NCBI GenBank assembly: GCA_029932605.1
Contig: JAOZPT010000001.1
Coordinates: 1-64,000 of the forward strand
Direction: 5' to 3'
Length of the DNA stretch: 64,000 nt
Source of the DNA: Candidatus Zixiibacteriota bacterium
GTDB lineage: Bacteria; Zixibacteria; MSB-5A5; UBA10806; 4484-95
Part shown: positions 18,747 to 28,301 of the stretch, in pieces
Numbering within the stretch: the stretch's first letter is position 1
Layout: each line of letters opens with the position of its first letter
Made by a program: the position numbers and the translations under genes
Notes under the pieces: generated by a model
The model's input: the letters and a program-made list of their open reading frames with translations, nothing else
Databases searched by the model: none
What the model was told of the DNA's origin: nothing

Positions 18747-20024
18747 TTATTTTAAATAAGTCACTTTTGCCGTGGATGATTGGTTTTTCTGCAAAGCGAA
18801 ATTACGGCCAGAAATTTTTATAAAATATATTCCAGATACCAAATTTTCAGGATTCCATACAATAGAGTAACTTCCGTTCTCGAAAACACCTTTTTCAAGG
18901 TTAGTAACAAGTTTCCCATTGATGTTATAAATATCCAGTGAAATTGATGTTACCCTAGCAATCTCGAATCTGATTGTAGCTGCAGAATTAAATGGATTGG
19001 GATAACAACCGGTTATCTTGAAACTTACCGGCAGTAAATTATTGTTGTTATCGATGCTGTTTATATAACTAGGTAGAAGAACAAACAATGAATCGCCATC
19101 GGCTAATAACAGGTAGTCGCCATAAACAGCACTTCCGCGTGCTGTATTAGGACTATCGAATATTGCCAGCAATGAAGGATTCAAAGGGTTATTGACAGAA
19201 ACAGCGATAAGGCCTCCTGTGTCATCGGCAAGATAGGCAATTGTATCGGATATAGTAACCCTGTTTAAATAACCCGGGGTGTCGAATGTCGTCAGGCTAT
19301 CCGGGTGTAAAGGGTCGTTTAAATCAAATATGACCATCCCCTCTTGCCCGCAGGCCAAATACAGGTTTTCTGCGGTCATGGTGATATCCGAACCTCCCGT
19401 ATCGAGTCTGAATGAATCTAAGAGAACCGGATTTATCGTATCGGCAAGAGAATATGTTAAAAGCCCGTAATCCTGGTCAGCGATATAAATTGTAGTGCCA
19501 TTTACCGCAACCGATGCTGTATATCCAAATGGCGGGATATATCCCACCTGTTGCGGATTGGAGTTATCTGTGACATCAAGTATGACCAGACCATTGAGAA
19601 AGTCAGCTACATATAACAGATTTTCGTATAAAAACAGATCTATAGTGGTGCCAAGGGTATTGAAAGCTCCAATTGAATCAGGGGAAGCTGGTTGAGACAG
19701 GTCAACGATTGTCACTCCTCTGTTCCAGTGGGCAAGGTAGGCGATGTTATCTGAAACGATGATATCATTTACGAAAGCATCGTCAAAGTATGAAGAGACG
19801 TAAATGGGCACTTCAGGTATAACGATATTGAATATCGAAAGGCCGGCATCACCATCGGCAACCAAGGCGACATTGTCATATATCGCCACAGATTGGGCCT
19901 GCCCGGGAGTGTTTGTTACACCGATTACATCGAATTGCCAGTCATACTGGCAGAATGTTACTGTTGATAATAATAATATCAGTATAGTTGCAGTTGTCGG
20001 TAAATTCCGCATAAAATTACCCAT
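18747..20024 (-). CDS. Secreted LVIVD-repeat protein with a C-terminal sorting (T9SS type-A/FlgD-like) domain
   Basis: About 7 LVIVD repeats and a C-terminus CYPNPFNS...IYNINGKLV...SGIYF. Start likely 20024 or 20012. Confidence 0.85.
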   Translation of the reverse strand: MGNFMRNLPTTATILILLLSTVTFCQYDWQFDVIGVTNTPGQAQSVAIYDNVALVADGDAGLSIFNIVIPEVPIYVSSYFDDAFVNDIIVSDNIAYLAHWNRGVTIVDLSQPASPDSIGAFNTLGTTIDLFLYENLLYVADFLNGLVILDVTDNSNPQQVGYIPPFGYTASVAVNGTTIYIADQDYGLLTYSLADTINPVLLDSFRLDTGGSDITMTAENLYLACGQEGMVIFDLNDPLHPDSLTTFDTPGYLNRVTISDTIAYLADDTGGLIAVSVNNPLNPSLLAIFDSPNTARGSAVYGDYLLLADGDSLFVLLPSYINSIDNNNNLLPVSFKITGCYPNPFNSAATIRFEIARVTSISLDIYNINGKLVTNLEKGVFENGSYSIVWNPENLVSGIYFIKISGRNFALQKNQSSTAKVTYLK

Positions 20025-20292
20025 ATTAAAAACTTGCAAATAATATACCTGTTGTAAATACATTTTCCAATCGATTTGTAGTTATCGATATAAGTTGTTA
20101 TTATATATTATGATAGCGGATATGAATATGGGCAAGCCCCGGATATGTAATGACTTAAATTGTATAAACTGATAATAATGTAAGATATTTCGGATTATGT
20201 TATTGCATAATAAGATAAAATGGATTCCATGCTAATATCGAATAAACAGTTTTGTTATTGAAAATATTTTTTTGTAACTTATTATATAATGT

Positions 20293-21174
20293 ATGCAGGA
20301 AATTATAAGAAATTTGCTCAAACAAAAGGGTTTGTTTATCTGCAGGCATCCGCTTCATAGCAAATTCGATTTCGAGGTTTCCCCTTATCATATACTCAAA
20401 CAGAAAAAGTGTTTCAAGACCGGCTGTGTCGAGTTCATCTGGCGATGCAAAATTCATGGTAAAAATATCGACTGTCCTCGCGGTTATAAGCATGTCGGGA
20501 AAAACTGTTTTTCCTGCAAGCATTATTACGAGGAAAAAATCTGCAGAAAACCAGAAGCACTGGTGGATAAAGAAACCTTGCAAAAATTCTTCGACGACTT
20601 GAAGGATTATGAATACTGGCTTTCGACCGTCGAGGGGAAAAGGGTATCATTTTCAGGCATCATCACAGCTGTTTATCCCTCGCTGGTAATGACTGTTGAT
20701 AACAATAGGTCATCAGTCCGGATGAATGGATTTTTGATTAAGTTTGCCAAAGGTTATATCGGTTACGATTTATTCGATGACACTATATATTTACATATTG
20801 GTAGAAGATTCTTAGCCAAATGGCAACCGGCGCCCAGTGATGAATTGGAATTTAAAGCACGACTTACAAATAGTAGAGGTAAAGTAGTCTTAATCAGACC
20901 GACTGAAGTAGAAATTGAAAAAAACGAGGGAAAACCCATTATTGACTATTCTAAGGCCCTTATTGGTAAAACAACCGGTACTATTGTCAGGGATGATATA
21001 AGCCTTTGTCATCAATGTCCGTTCGGTGCCCTGCTTGATGTTATCGTGTTAAGGCCTAAGCGGAATATTTACCGGAGATTTTACTGTTTGAGGGGGGTTG
21101 AATACTCGAAAGATTGCCCGGTGCGATTAGAACAAGAATTAATAAAAAACAGTAATCAATCCGTCGAGATTTGA
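20293..21174 (+). CDS. Cys/His-rich hypothetical protein (several putative Zn sites, central OB-fold-like region)
   Basis: Clustered Cys/His in the first 85 aa, CHQC and C..C at the C-terminus, and a beta-rich middle. Confidence 0.7.
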   Translation: MQEIIRNLLKQKGLFICRHPLHSKFDFEVSPYHILKQKKCFKTGCVEFIWRCKIHGKNIDCPRGYKHVGKNCFSCKHYYEEKICRKPEALVDKETLQKFFDDLKDYEYWLSTVEGKRVSFSGIITAVYPSLVMTVDNNRSSVRMNGFLIKFAKGYIGYDLFDDTIYLHIGRRFLAKWQPAPSDELEFKARLTNSRGKVVLIRPTEVEIEKNEGKPIIDYSKALIGKTTGTIVRDDISLCHQCPFGALLDVIVLRPKRNIYRRFYCLRGVEYSKDCPVRLEQELIKNSNQSVEI

Positions 21175-21185
21175 TAAAATAACCT

Positions 21186-22058
21186 ATGGTACTTTTCGAT
21201 AAGAGGATTCTGGTTGTGGGAGCGACGGGTATGTTTGGCCAACCTGTGGCACAATCCCTTGAAAAATTTGGATTTAATGTGCGAGTTTTCAGCCGCTCCG
21301 AACAAAAGGCTAAAAAGTTATTCGGTGATGGCTATGAAATCGCCAGTGGAGATATCAGCGATATCGATTCTTTAAAAAATGCTCTTAAAAACTGCTACGG
21401 TGTTCATATAAACCTCAAGGGTGGACCTAAGCAAAAAGATTACGACCGTATAGAACACAAAGGAACTGCTGCTATCGTAAAAGCTGCTTCCGAGGTTGGG
21501 GTTAAACGGGTTACATATCTTTCCGGTGCCACGGTCTCAAAGGAACAATGCTGGTTTGCTGGCACCAAGGCCAAGTATAATGCTGAACAGGCTATTATGA
21601 GAAGTGGTCTGGATTATACAATATTTAGGGCTACCTGGTTTATGGAATCCCTGCCGTTATTTGTAAAGGGAAACCAAGCCTCGGTTATGGGCAAACAGCC
21701 TCACAAACTCCACTGGCTGGCCGCTGAGGATTATGCTCGTATGGTCAGTAAGGCTTATCTTTTCGATAAAGCGGCTAACAAGATATTTTACGCGTTTGGT
21801 CCCGAAGCCTATACCATGAAAGAGGCGCTGGAGATTTTCTGCGGAATAATTAATCCTGATATCAAAGTAACGATGGTTCCATTGGGCGTTCTATCGTTTT
21901 TTGCCAAGATAACTTTCAGCAAACAGCTAAAAGAGGTTTTGCCTCTGATGAGATATTTTGACAAAACAGGCGAACAGGGTGACCCATCACCTACGGACGA
22001 GATATTTGGAGCGCCACAAATAACGCTCGAACAGTGGAGTAAAGAATTTCACAAATAG
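21186..22058 (+). CDS. NAD(P)-binding SDR/NmrA-like oxidoreductase
   Basis: Rossmann motif ILVVGATGMFG; SGLDYTIFR..WFME. Confidence 0.88.
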   Translation: MVLFDKRILVVGATGMFGQPVAQSLEKFGFNVRVFSRSEQKAKKLFGDGYEIASGDISDIDSLKNALKNCYGVHINLKGGPKQKDYDRIEHKGTAAIVKAASEVGVKRVTYLSGATVSKEQCWFAGTKAKYNAEQAIMRSGLDYTIFRATWFMESLPLFVKGNQASVMGKQPHKLHWLAAEDYARMVSKAYLFDKAANKIFYAFGPEAYTMKEALEIFCGIINPDIKVTMVPLGVLSFFAKITFSKQLKEVLPLMRYFDKTGEQGDPSPTDEIFGAPQITLEQWSKEFHK

Positions 22059-22094
22059 TCGATTCGGTATCTATTGATTTTCATTACATCCGTT

Positions 22095-22500
22095 CTTTAG
22101 GTTGAGTGTGACTTGATCGGTTTGCATGATTTCATTTGGTACTAGTATTTACTCCTTCAAATGTGACCATGATGCCTTCTGGTAGGTTAAATATATTTTT
22201 TACTTGTGACTCAGGAACAGAAGCGGCAGTAATAACCGCAAAATGCGGAATATAGCCATTGTGATCTAACCTGATATGAAGCTTTATACCGCCATTACCA
22301 GATTGTAAAAAAGATAAGCCTGAGGGATAAATTCAAGACTAAGTCTCGTAAGGAATACTGCTTGGATAACTTGCAAAAAAGCATGGCCACGAAATGCGGC
22401 CATTAGTTAAAAGATATCATAAAACGACGGTTTCTACCCCCGAAAACAGCTTTTTCGAAATCGTACTGAGAAATTATTTGCCTTATCTACCCCAATAAGA
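22095..22500 (-). pseudogene. Decayed IS4-family (DUF4372 + DDE) transposase remnant
   Basis: Minus-strand hand translation gives LLG*IRQIISQYDFEKAV...SFN*WPHFVAMLFCKLSKQYSLRDL. In another frame it gives GGIKLHIRLDHNGYIPHFAVIT...NLPEGIMVTF. In-frame stops, a frameshift and an internal deletion are present. Confidence 0.75.
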
Positions 22501-22684
22501 TAAATTTCCTCTGTATGGTTAAGTCTCCTGTATCAAAGGTGTTATGTTTTGCTTCTACCCTGATTATAAAAGATCTATTAAGCCCTTTTTAAAAAGGCCC
22601 GGACATGAGTGATAATATGTAAACATTCAAGTTATACACATAATAAAGAAATGGGTAGACCGGTAAAAAACTAAAATTGACAGG

Positions 22685-23272
22685 ATGTCAGTTTTATATC
22701 AAGAGAAGATAATGGACAAAAAAATAAATAATAACAAACCACAAAATAAGGATAACTCACGAAATTCTCAGGAAAAAACTATACAAATTTCTTTTTCCTT
22801 AACCCGGGCTGATCTGCTATGGTACAACCTTTATTTTATTAGATGGATTGTTTTTGGAGCAATCGTACTTATATTGTTTTTTTTAGCCGGTCTGGTTTGG
22901 TTTTTAAACACCCCTAAAGGCGATCTGCAGACAGCGATAATCTGGATTGTGATAGGTCTTGCAGCTGGTTTTTCGGTATGCATGGGCTCAATTGTAGCAA
23001 TAATCCTGCAGATATATTTTATCAAAAGCGAGACAGTGGCTAAAGCTATGACCCCAAAAAGCTATATCATCAATAGTCAGGGCATTACCATATATGATAA
23101 AAGAAACCAAATTAATCGACCCTGGGTACAGGTTATGAATGTCATAAGGACAAAGCGCGGATTTTATATTCAGACCGGTGATAAGATTTCAATAGTTCTT
23201 CCCAGACGAGATTTCAAAGACCCAAAAGACCTGCAAACGTTCAATGATATTTTGGTCAAATACAAGTTATAA
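22685..23272 (+). CDS. YcxB-like membrane protein
   Basis: Two TM helices followed by a PH-like YcxB tail (INSQGITI...PW..V.....FYI......VLPRRDF). Confidence 0.7.
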   Translation: MSVLYQEKIMDKKINNNKPQNKDNSRNSQEKTIQISFSLTRADLLWYNLYFIRWIVFGAIVLILFFLAGLVWFLNTPKGDLQTAIIWIVIGLAAGFSVCMGSIVAIILQIYFIKSETVAKAMTPKSYIINSQGITIYDKRNQINRPWVQVMNVIRTKRGFYIQTGDKISIVLPRRDFKDPKDLQTFNDILVKYKL

Positions 23273-23830
23273 TTCAAAAGTATCTTCGAAAACATAGTAC
23301 TCTAAAATAGTTTTTCATAAAAAATCGAATAAGATATTCATAATTTAACCTGCATCATTCATAAGAATTATTTTCTTTCAAAATTAACTGAATTTAAAGT
23401 TTTTCAATATGGATTTCAATTAATAACCGAGGATATTTTGAGCTTTTGTTATAAGCACGTTTTATCTTTCAAAAGCAACAAAATAGACAACTTTTGATAG
23501 CATTCCGCCATATGATCAATATTTTCATATAAGTAGTCCTTAGTCTTTCCTTCACTTTGTTTTCTTAATCAGCTGTTAACTGGCAATAGAAGTGTATAAA
23601 AAGATTTTTTAAAGGATAGCTGCTGTCAAGGTGAACCCAAAATCTGCGGTAGCTCTGGACGATTCTGGCTCCGATCTTGACAAGCTCACAGCGTACGATA
23701 AATGTAGTTCTCATAGTAACCATAAAAAAACGATGACTGCTGGTGACCATGAACCGGATCATCTATTACACTAAATATGGCAACTTTCGCTGTGGTTGCC
23801 AAGCGTTTATTTTGCAGTGCGTTAGAAGAC

Positions 23831-23906
23831 TGGTAGCGCTACGGGGAATCGAACCCCGGTTTGATGGCTGAGAACCACCCGTCCTAGGCCACTAGACGAT
23901 AGCGCC
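23831..23906 (-). tRNA. tRNA-Glu (anticodon CTC)
   Basis: GGCGCTATCGTCTAGTGGCCTAGGACGGGTGGTTCTCAGCCATCAAACCGGGGTTCGATTCCCCGTAGCGCTACCA folds as a cloverleaf with a TTCGA T-loop and encoded CCA. Confidence 0.97.
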
Positions 23907-24078
23907 AAATTGGTCGAAATATATATTCACGATTCTATAAGTCAAGAGCTTATTGGCAAGTTTTGTAATGGAATCGAGGTTGATGGTATAAATTATGTTA
24001 TTATATTTGTAAATCCGGTTTATGTGAATTTGAATACAGAACTTGATGACGTTCTTAAAGCAATTGATTTATCTAGTA

Positions 24079-26700
24079 TTACACTTTTTCCTCGACCATA
24101 ATATGTTGTGATACGGGGTCTTGTGTGTTAGCATCAATCCAACGCATTAGTTCCAGTTTAAATTGGCCTGACATATCAGCATGAAATGGCATAATCCTGA
24201 TTGAATATCCATAAAGGCCACTCTCGTCGCAGAGAACGTATCCCTCGTATTTATACAAACCTTCCTGGAGCGTGTTGACGCATTTCATATTTTCCGATGA
24301 GCCATTTGTGATGTTGTAATCGCTATCCAGCAGACCGCTGTATATCTGTACAGTCACATCTTCAGGTTTTATTATTCCAAGCATAACCTCGGCCTCGATT
24401 TTAAGTGCAAAGCCCACCTCAACTTCTTTTTTTTGAACTGTTGTCTTGATTATTTTTACTTTGTTCCAGTGGGCTTTGATAAACTGTTTCCATTTGACGA
24501 GGTTTTTAGTTTTTATGAATTTATCAGCAGAAAGGTTTTTCCAGTTATTGAGAGCATTAATATAAAATTTCTCCGTATATTCTTTAACCATGCGGTTAGT
24601 GTTGAATATCGGGCAGAGTTTCATCATGGATTTTTTAACCTTAGCTATCCACTGGCGGGGCAATCCGTCATTGCCGATATCGTAAAAAAGTGGAACAACT
24701 TCATTTTCCAAGACGTCATAGATGGCATTGCATTCAACTTCATCCTGGTAATCCGGGTTGTCGTAATCCTCGCCAGCACCGATTGCCCAACCGGTATCTA
24801 TGTCATACCCTTCACACCACCAACCATCGAGAACGCTCAAGTTGAGACCACCATTTGGCAGAACTTTCATACCGCTGGTTCCGCTTGCTTCAAATGGTCG
24901 GCGAGGGGTGTTCAGCCAGACATCAACTCCCTGAACTAAATATCTGGCGATGTTCATATCGTAGTTTTCGAGGAACACGATATTTTTTCGTATATCCTCA
25001 AGTCGTGCGAAGTGAATTATCTGTTTTATGAGGTCCTTGCCGTTATTATCACGAGGATGGGCTTTGCCGGCAAAGATAAACTGCACGGGATGTTTCTTAT
25101 CTAAAAGTAATTTTTTTAATCTGTCGGTATTTCTTAGTAAGAGTGTGGCTCTTTTATAAGTAGCGAACCTTCTGGCAAAACCGATTGTAAGAGTTTCGGA
25201 GTTCAAAGCTTCGTAGGCATCATTTACTTCTCTGGGGCCTGCGCCTCTGCGTTTAAGTTGTTCGGCCAAGCGTTTTCGGGTAAATGCGACCATTCTTTCC
25301 CGACGACGTTCATGAATTCGCCACAATTCAACATCGGGTATATTTTGCACTCTTTGCCAAATGGATTGGTCGGCTGGTTTTTTCAGCCAATTCGGGCCCA
25401 GATATCTCGAGAATAACTCAGCCATTTCATTAGAAATCCAGGAACGCGCATGAATGCCATTTGTGACATGGGAAATTGGCACCTCATCAAGAGGAACCTT
25501 TGGCCATAACGACTGCCACATCTTTCTTGAGACATCCCCGTGTAGTCTGCTTACGCCGTTAGCATAAGCAGTTGTTCGGAGAGCCATTAGGGCCATATTG
25601 ATGGGTTCATTTACGTCATCCGGATTTTTTCGACCTAAGGCGAGAAGTTGCTCCTTCTTGATACCGGCTTTTTCGAAGAAATGGCTGAGATATTTTTCAA
25701 CAAGCAACGGGTGAAATTCGTCTATTCCTGCGGGCACCGGTGTATGCGTAGTAAAGATTGTGCCGCTACGGACAATCTCAATGGCCTCATCGGTGGACAA
25801 ACCATCTTTTGTTTTTCTGTGCCTTATTCGTTCAAAAGCCATAAAGGCGCCATGCCCTTCGTTCATATGGCAAACCCGCACATGGATACCAAGTTTTCGC
25901 AAGGCTAACATTCCACCGATGCCAAGAATCAGTTCCTGCTGGATACGGGTTTCATTGTCTCCACCATATAGCTGGTAAGTGATCTTGCGGTCGATGTCAT
26001 TATTTTGTGGTGTATTAGTATCTAGTAAATAAAGGGGTATACGGCCTACCTGGGCTTTCCAAATGCGACAGTATACATTCCGGTTTGGAAACTGTAAATC
26101 CACCAGAATCGGTATTCCATTATTGTCGACTTCAAGCTGGATTGGTAAACTACAAAAGTCGTTATCGGGATATGTCTCCTGTTGCCAGCCATCGTAGTTG
26201 AGATATTGTTGAAAATAGCCTTGCTGATAGAGCAAACCTACACCTACTAATGGTATTCCCAGCTCGCTGGCGGATTTTAGATGGTCACCGGCAAGAATGC
26301 CGAGACCACCTGAATAAATTGGTAAACATCCGGTTATACCGTACTCCATCGAAAAATAGGCGATCTGTGGAAAATCGTATTTGCCATATTTACTTTCGAA
26401 CCAGGTTGGGCTATTTAGATATTCTTGGTGATTTTTATATACTCTTTCAAGTTGAGCCATAAAAGCTTCATCATTGAGAGCCTGGCTGAGCTTGTCCTGT
26501 TTAATCATACTTAACATCTTGACAGGATTGTTACCCGAGATATTCCACAAGTCGCTATCCAAACGCCGGAAAAGCTCGATAGTATTGTGGTTCCAGCTCC
26601 AGAGCAGATTATATGCCAGCTCTTTTAATGCCGATAACTCCTCGGGAAGAGTTGCTTTGATCTGAAATGTATCAACAGCCTTTATCATATTATCTCCCAT
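24079..26700 (-). CDS. glgP: Alpha-glucan (glycogen) phosphorylase
   Basis: Motifs AYFSMEYG, YSGGLGILAGDHLK, GFARRFATYKR and the PLP lysine motif EASGTSGMK. Confidence 0.96.
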   Translation of the reverse strand: MGDNMIKAVDTFQIKATLPEELSALKELAYNLLWSWNHNTIELFRRLDSDLWNISGNNPVKMLSMIKQDKLSQALNDEAFMAQLERVYKNHQEYLNSPTWFESKYGKYDFPQIAYFSMEYGITGCLPIYSGGLGILAGDHLKSASELGIPLVGVGLLYQQGYFQQYLNYDGWQQETYPDNDFCSLPIQLEVDNNGIPILVDLQFPNRNVYCRIWKAQVGRIPLYLLDTNTPQNNDIDRKITYQLYGGDNETRIQQELILGIGGMLALRKLGIHVRVCHMNEGHGAFMAFERIRHRKTKDGLSTDEAIEIVRSGTIFTTHTPVPAGIDEFHPLLVEKYLSHFFEKAGIKKEQLLALGRKNPDDVNEPINMALMALRTTAYANGVSRLHGDVSRKMWQSLWPKVPLDEVPISHVTNGIHARSWISNEMAELFSRYLGPNWLKKPADQSIWQRVQNIPDVELWRIHERRRERMVAFTRKRLAEQLKRRGAGPREVNDAYEALNSETLTIGFARRFATYKRATLLLRNTDRLKKLLLDKKHPVQFIFAGKAHPRDNNGKDLIKQIIHFARLEDIRKNIVFLENYDMNIARYLVQGVDVWLNTPRRPFEASGTSGMKVLPNGGLNLSVLDGWWCEGYDIDTGWAIGAGEDYDNPDYQDEVECNAIYDVLENEVVPLFYDIGNDGLPRQWIAKVKKSMMKLCPIFNTNRMVKEYTEKFYINALNNWKNLSADKFIKTKNLVKWKQFIKAHWNKVKIIKTTVQKKEVEVGFALKIEAEVMLGIIKPEDVTVQIYSGLLDSDYNITNGSSENMKCVNTLQEGLYKYEGYVLCDESGLYGYSIRIMPFHADMSGQFKLELMRWIDANTQDPVSQHIMVEEKV

Positions 26701-26753
26701 AACCGCCTTGGCGTTGTTTATTTAATTTTCACTAATAAGTATCGGTGTCTATT

Positions 26754-28301
26754 TTAGATAACTATATGAGCCAGGTTGGTAATAGACTCTATAATTATCT
26801 TGTTATCGTTTTCATTTCCGGGTTTTCCTGCTAATGCGAACATAGCTTTTTTGTAGGCTTCAACTCCAGGTTGAATAAAAGGATTATGTCCAGCTAAATA
26901 TCCTGATAAAGCTACAGACATTTCCATCATGTAATAGAACTGGCCGATATTGAAGGCATTTCGCCTTGGGATATCGATTATCATGTTTGGCACTCCCCCC
27001 TGGAAGTGGGCGTAAGCCGGGCCATCGATTACCAGACGGTTTATGAAATTCATATCTTGGTTTTTGTCAGAAAGATAATTCAAACCATCAAGGTCTTCAG
27101 GGTCCGAGGGGATTTTCAGAATATTGTCATGGTTAATCAATCGGATAAAAGTTTCCAGTATATTCCTTTCACCATCCTGTATCATCTGGCCATTAGCGTG
27201 AAGGTTTTCAGAATACAATGAGGGTGAAACCCACATGCCATAGCCGTTGTGCCCTTCGCTTTCCGGGAAAAGCTGTTGCATCCAGCGGGCTAAGTGATAT
27301 GTAGCGGTAGAATTTGTGGCAACCACTTCGATCTTCTTGCCTTTCTTATATGCTAAATGACGTATTGCCGCATGAATCATAGCCGGGTTCGTCCAGAATT
27401 CATCTTTTATGAGGAGCTTTTTCATATGTTGAAAACCGGCTGTGAACTCATGTATATCGATACCAGCCACAGCTAAGCTAACAAGACCGACATCGCTCAA
27501 TACTGAAAATCTTCCACCGACATTATCAGGAATTTCAAATGTTTTATACCCCTTTTGTTGGGCTAACTTTCTTAGTGCACCTCTTACCCTATCGGTAGTA
27601 ACATAGATATACTCTGTTGAACGGTTACCAGCCCATTTTTCAATTAAATCGCGAAGTATTCTGAAAGCGATTGCTGTTTCGGTGGTGGTACCTGATTTTG
27701 AGATGACATTGATACCGACACGTTTGCCTTGAAGCATATCTAGTGTGTCCCTGAAGAAATCAGGGTCGGTGTTTTGTCCAAGAAAATATATCTGTGGAAC
27801 ATTGCCCCTTTCCCGACGGGAAAGTTGATTGAAAAAGGTATGGGTTAAGGCTTTGAATGTGGCTTCTATACCAAGGTAAGAACCACCAATGCCGAGCGAT
27901 ATGAAAACATCGATATTGTCAGATAATTCTTGGCTAGCTGATACAATATCGTCGAGTTTTTCAGCGGTTATTTCGTCGGGAAGATTCAACCAGCCCAGCA
28001 TGGGTATCCCACCATCAAGACAATCCCCTTCGCTGTTTTTCAACTGATTATGTTTCTGGATTATTGTTGGGGCGATATCATCAAGCTCGGTTTTAGATAT
28101 AAACGGCTTGTCCCCGGTGGAACTTAATATATAAGTTATATCGAGTTTGATGGTATTTTCTTTTATGAATTTTTCATTGGTTGTAAGATGATGATGTTTT
28201 TTATCTTGAGACATCTGTCTGAGACTGGTTTTATTTTTCCCGAAGGAACTGATATCCAGTCCAATATCCTGTAAATGTTTTTTCTTATGCTTTGCCGGCA
28301 C
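26754..28301 (-). CDS. pgi: Glucose-6-phosphate isomerase (start uncertain; long N-terminal extension)
   Basis: Motifs LGIGGSYLG, ISKSGTTTE, VGGRFSVLS and QPGVEAYKK. Confidence 0.92.
   Translation of the reverse strand: MPAKHKKKHLQDIGLDISSFGKNKTSLRQMSQDKKHHHLTTNEKFIKENTIKLDITYILSSTGDKPFISKTELDDIAPTIIQKHNQLKNSEGDCLDGGIPMLGWLNLPDEITAEKLDDIVSASQELSDNIDVFISLGIGGSYLGIEATFKALTHTFFNQLSRRERGNVPQIYFLGQNTDPDFFRDTLDMLQGKRVGINVISKSGTTTETAIAFRILRDLIEKWAGNRSTEYIYVTTDRVRGALRKLAQQKGYKTFEIPDNVGGRFSVLSDVGLVSLAVAGIDIHEFTAGFQHMKKLLIKDEFWTNPAMIHAAIRHLAYKKGKKIEVVATNSTATYHLARWMQQLFPESEGHNGYGMWVSPSLYSENLHANGQMIQDGERNILETFIRLINHDNILKIPSDPEDLDGLNYLSDKNQDMNFINRLVIDGPAYAHFQGGVPNMIIDIPRRNAFNIGQFYYMMEMSVALSGYLAGHNPFIQPGVEAYKKAMFALAGKPGNENDNKIIIESITNLAHIVI

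Noticed and set aside
23565..23762. 65-aa minus-strand ORF after the tRNA
   Set aside because: No RBS or recognisable motif; it overlaps the hairpin-rich segment, which is better explained as RNA structure.
22060..23830. Genomic island or prophage integrated at tRNA-Glu
   Set aside because: No integrase, and I found no duplicated tRNA 3' end (att site) in the window.
23619..23830. Integron attC sites
   Set aside because: The hairpins lack properly placed RYYYAAC / GTTRRRY ends and there is no integron integrase.
23910..24101. 63-aa plus-strand ORF
   Set aside because: It overlaps the probable tRNA promoter (minus-strand TTGACT-16-TATATT) and the glgP end; no RBS.
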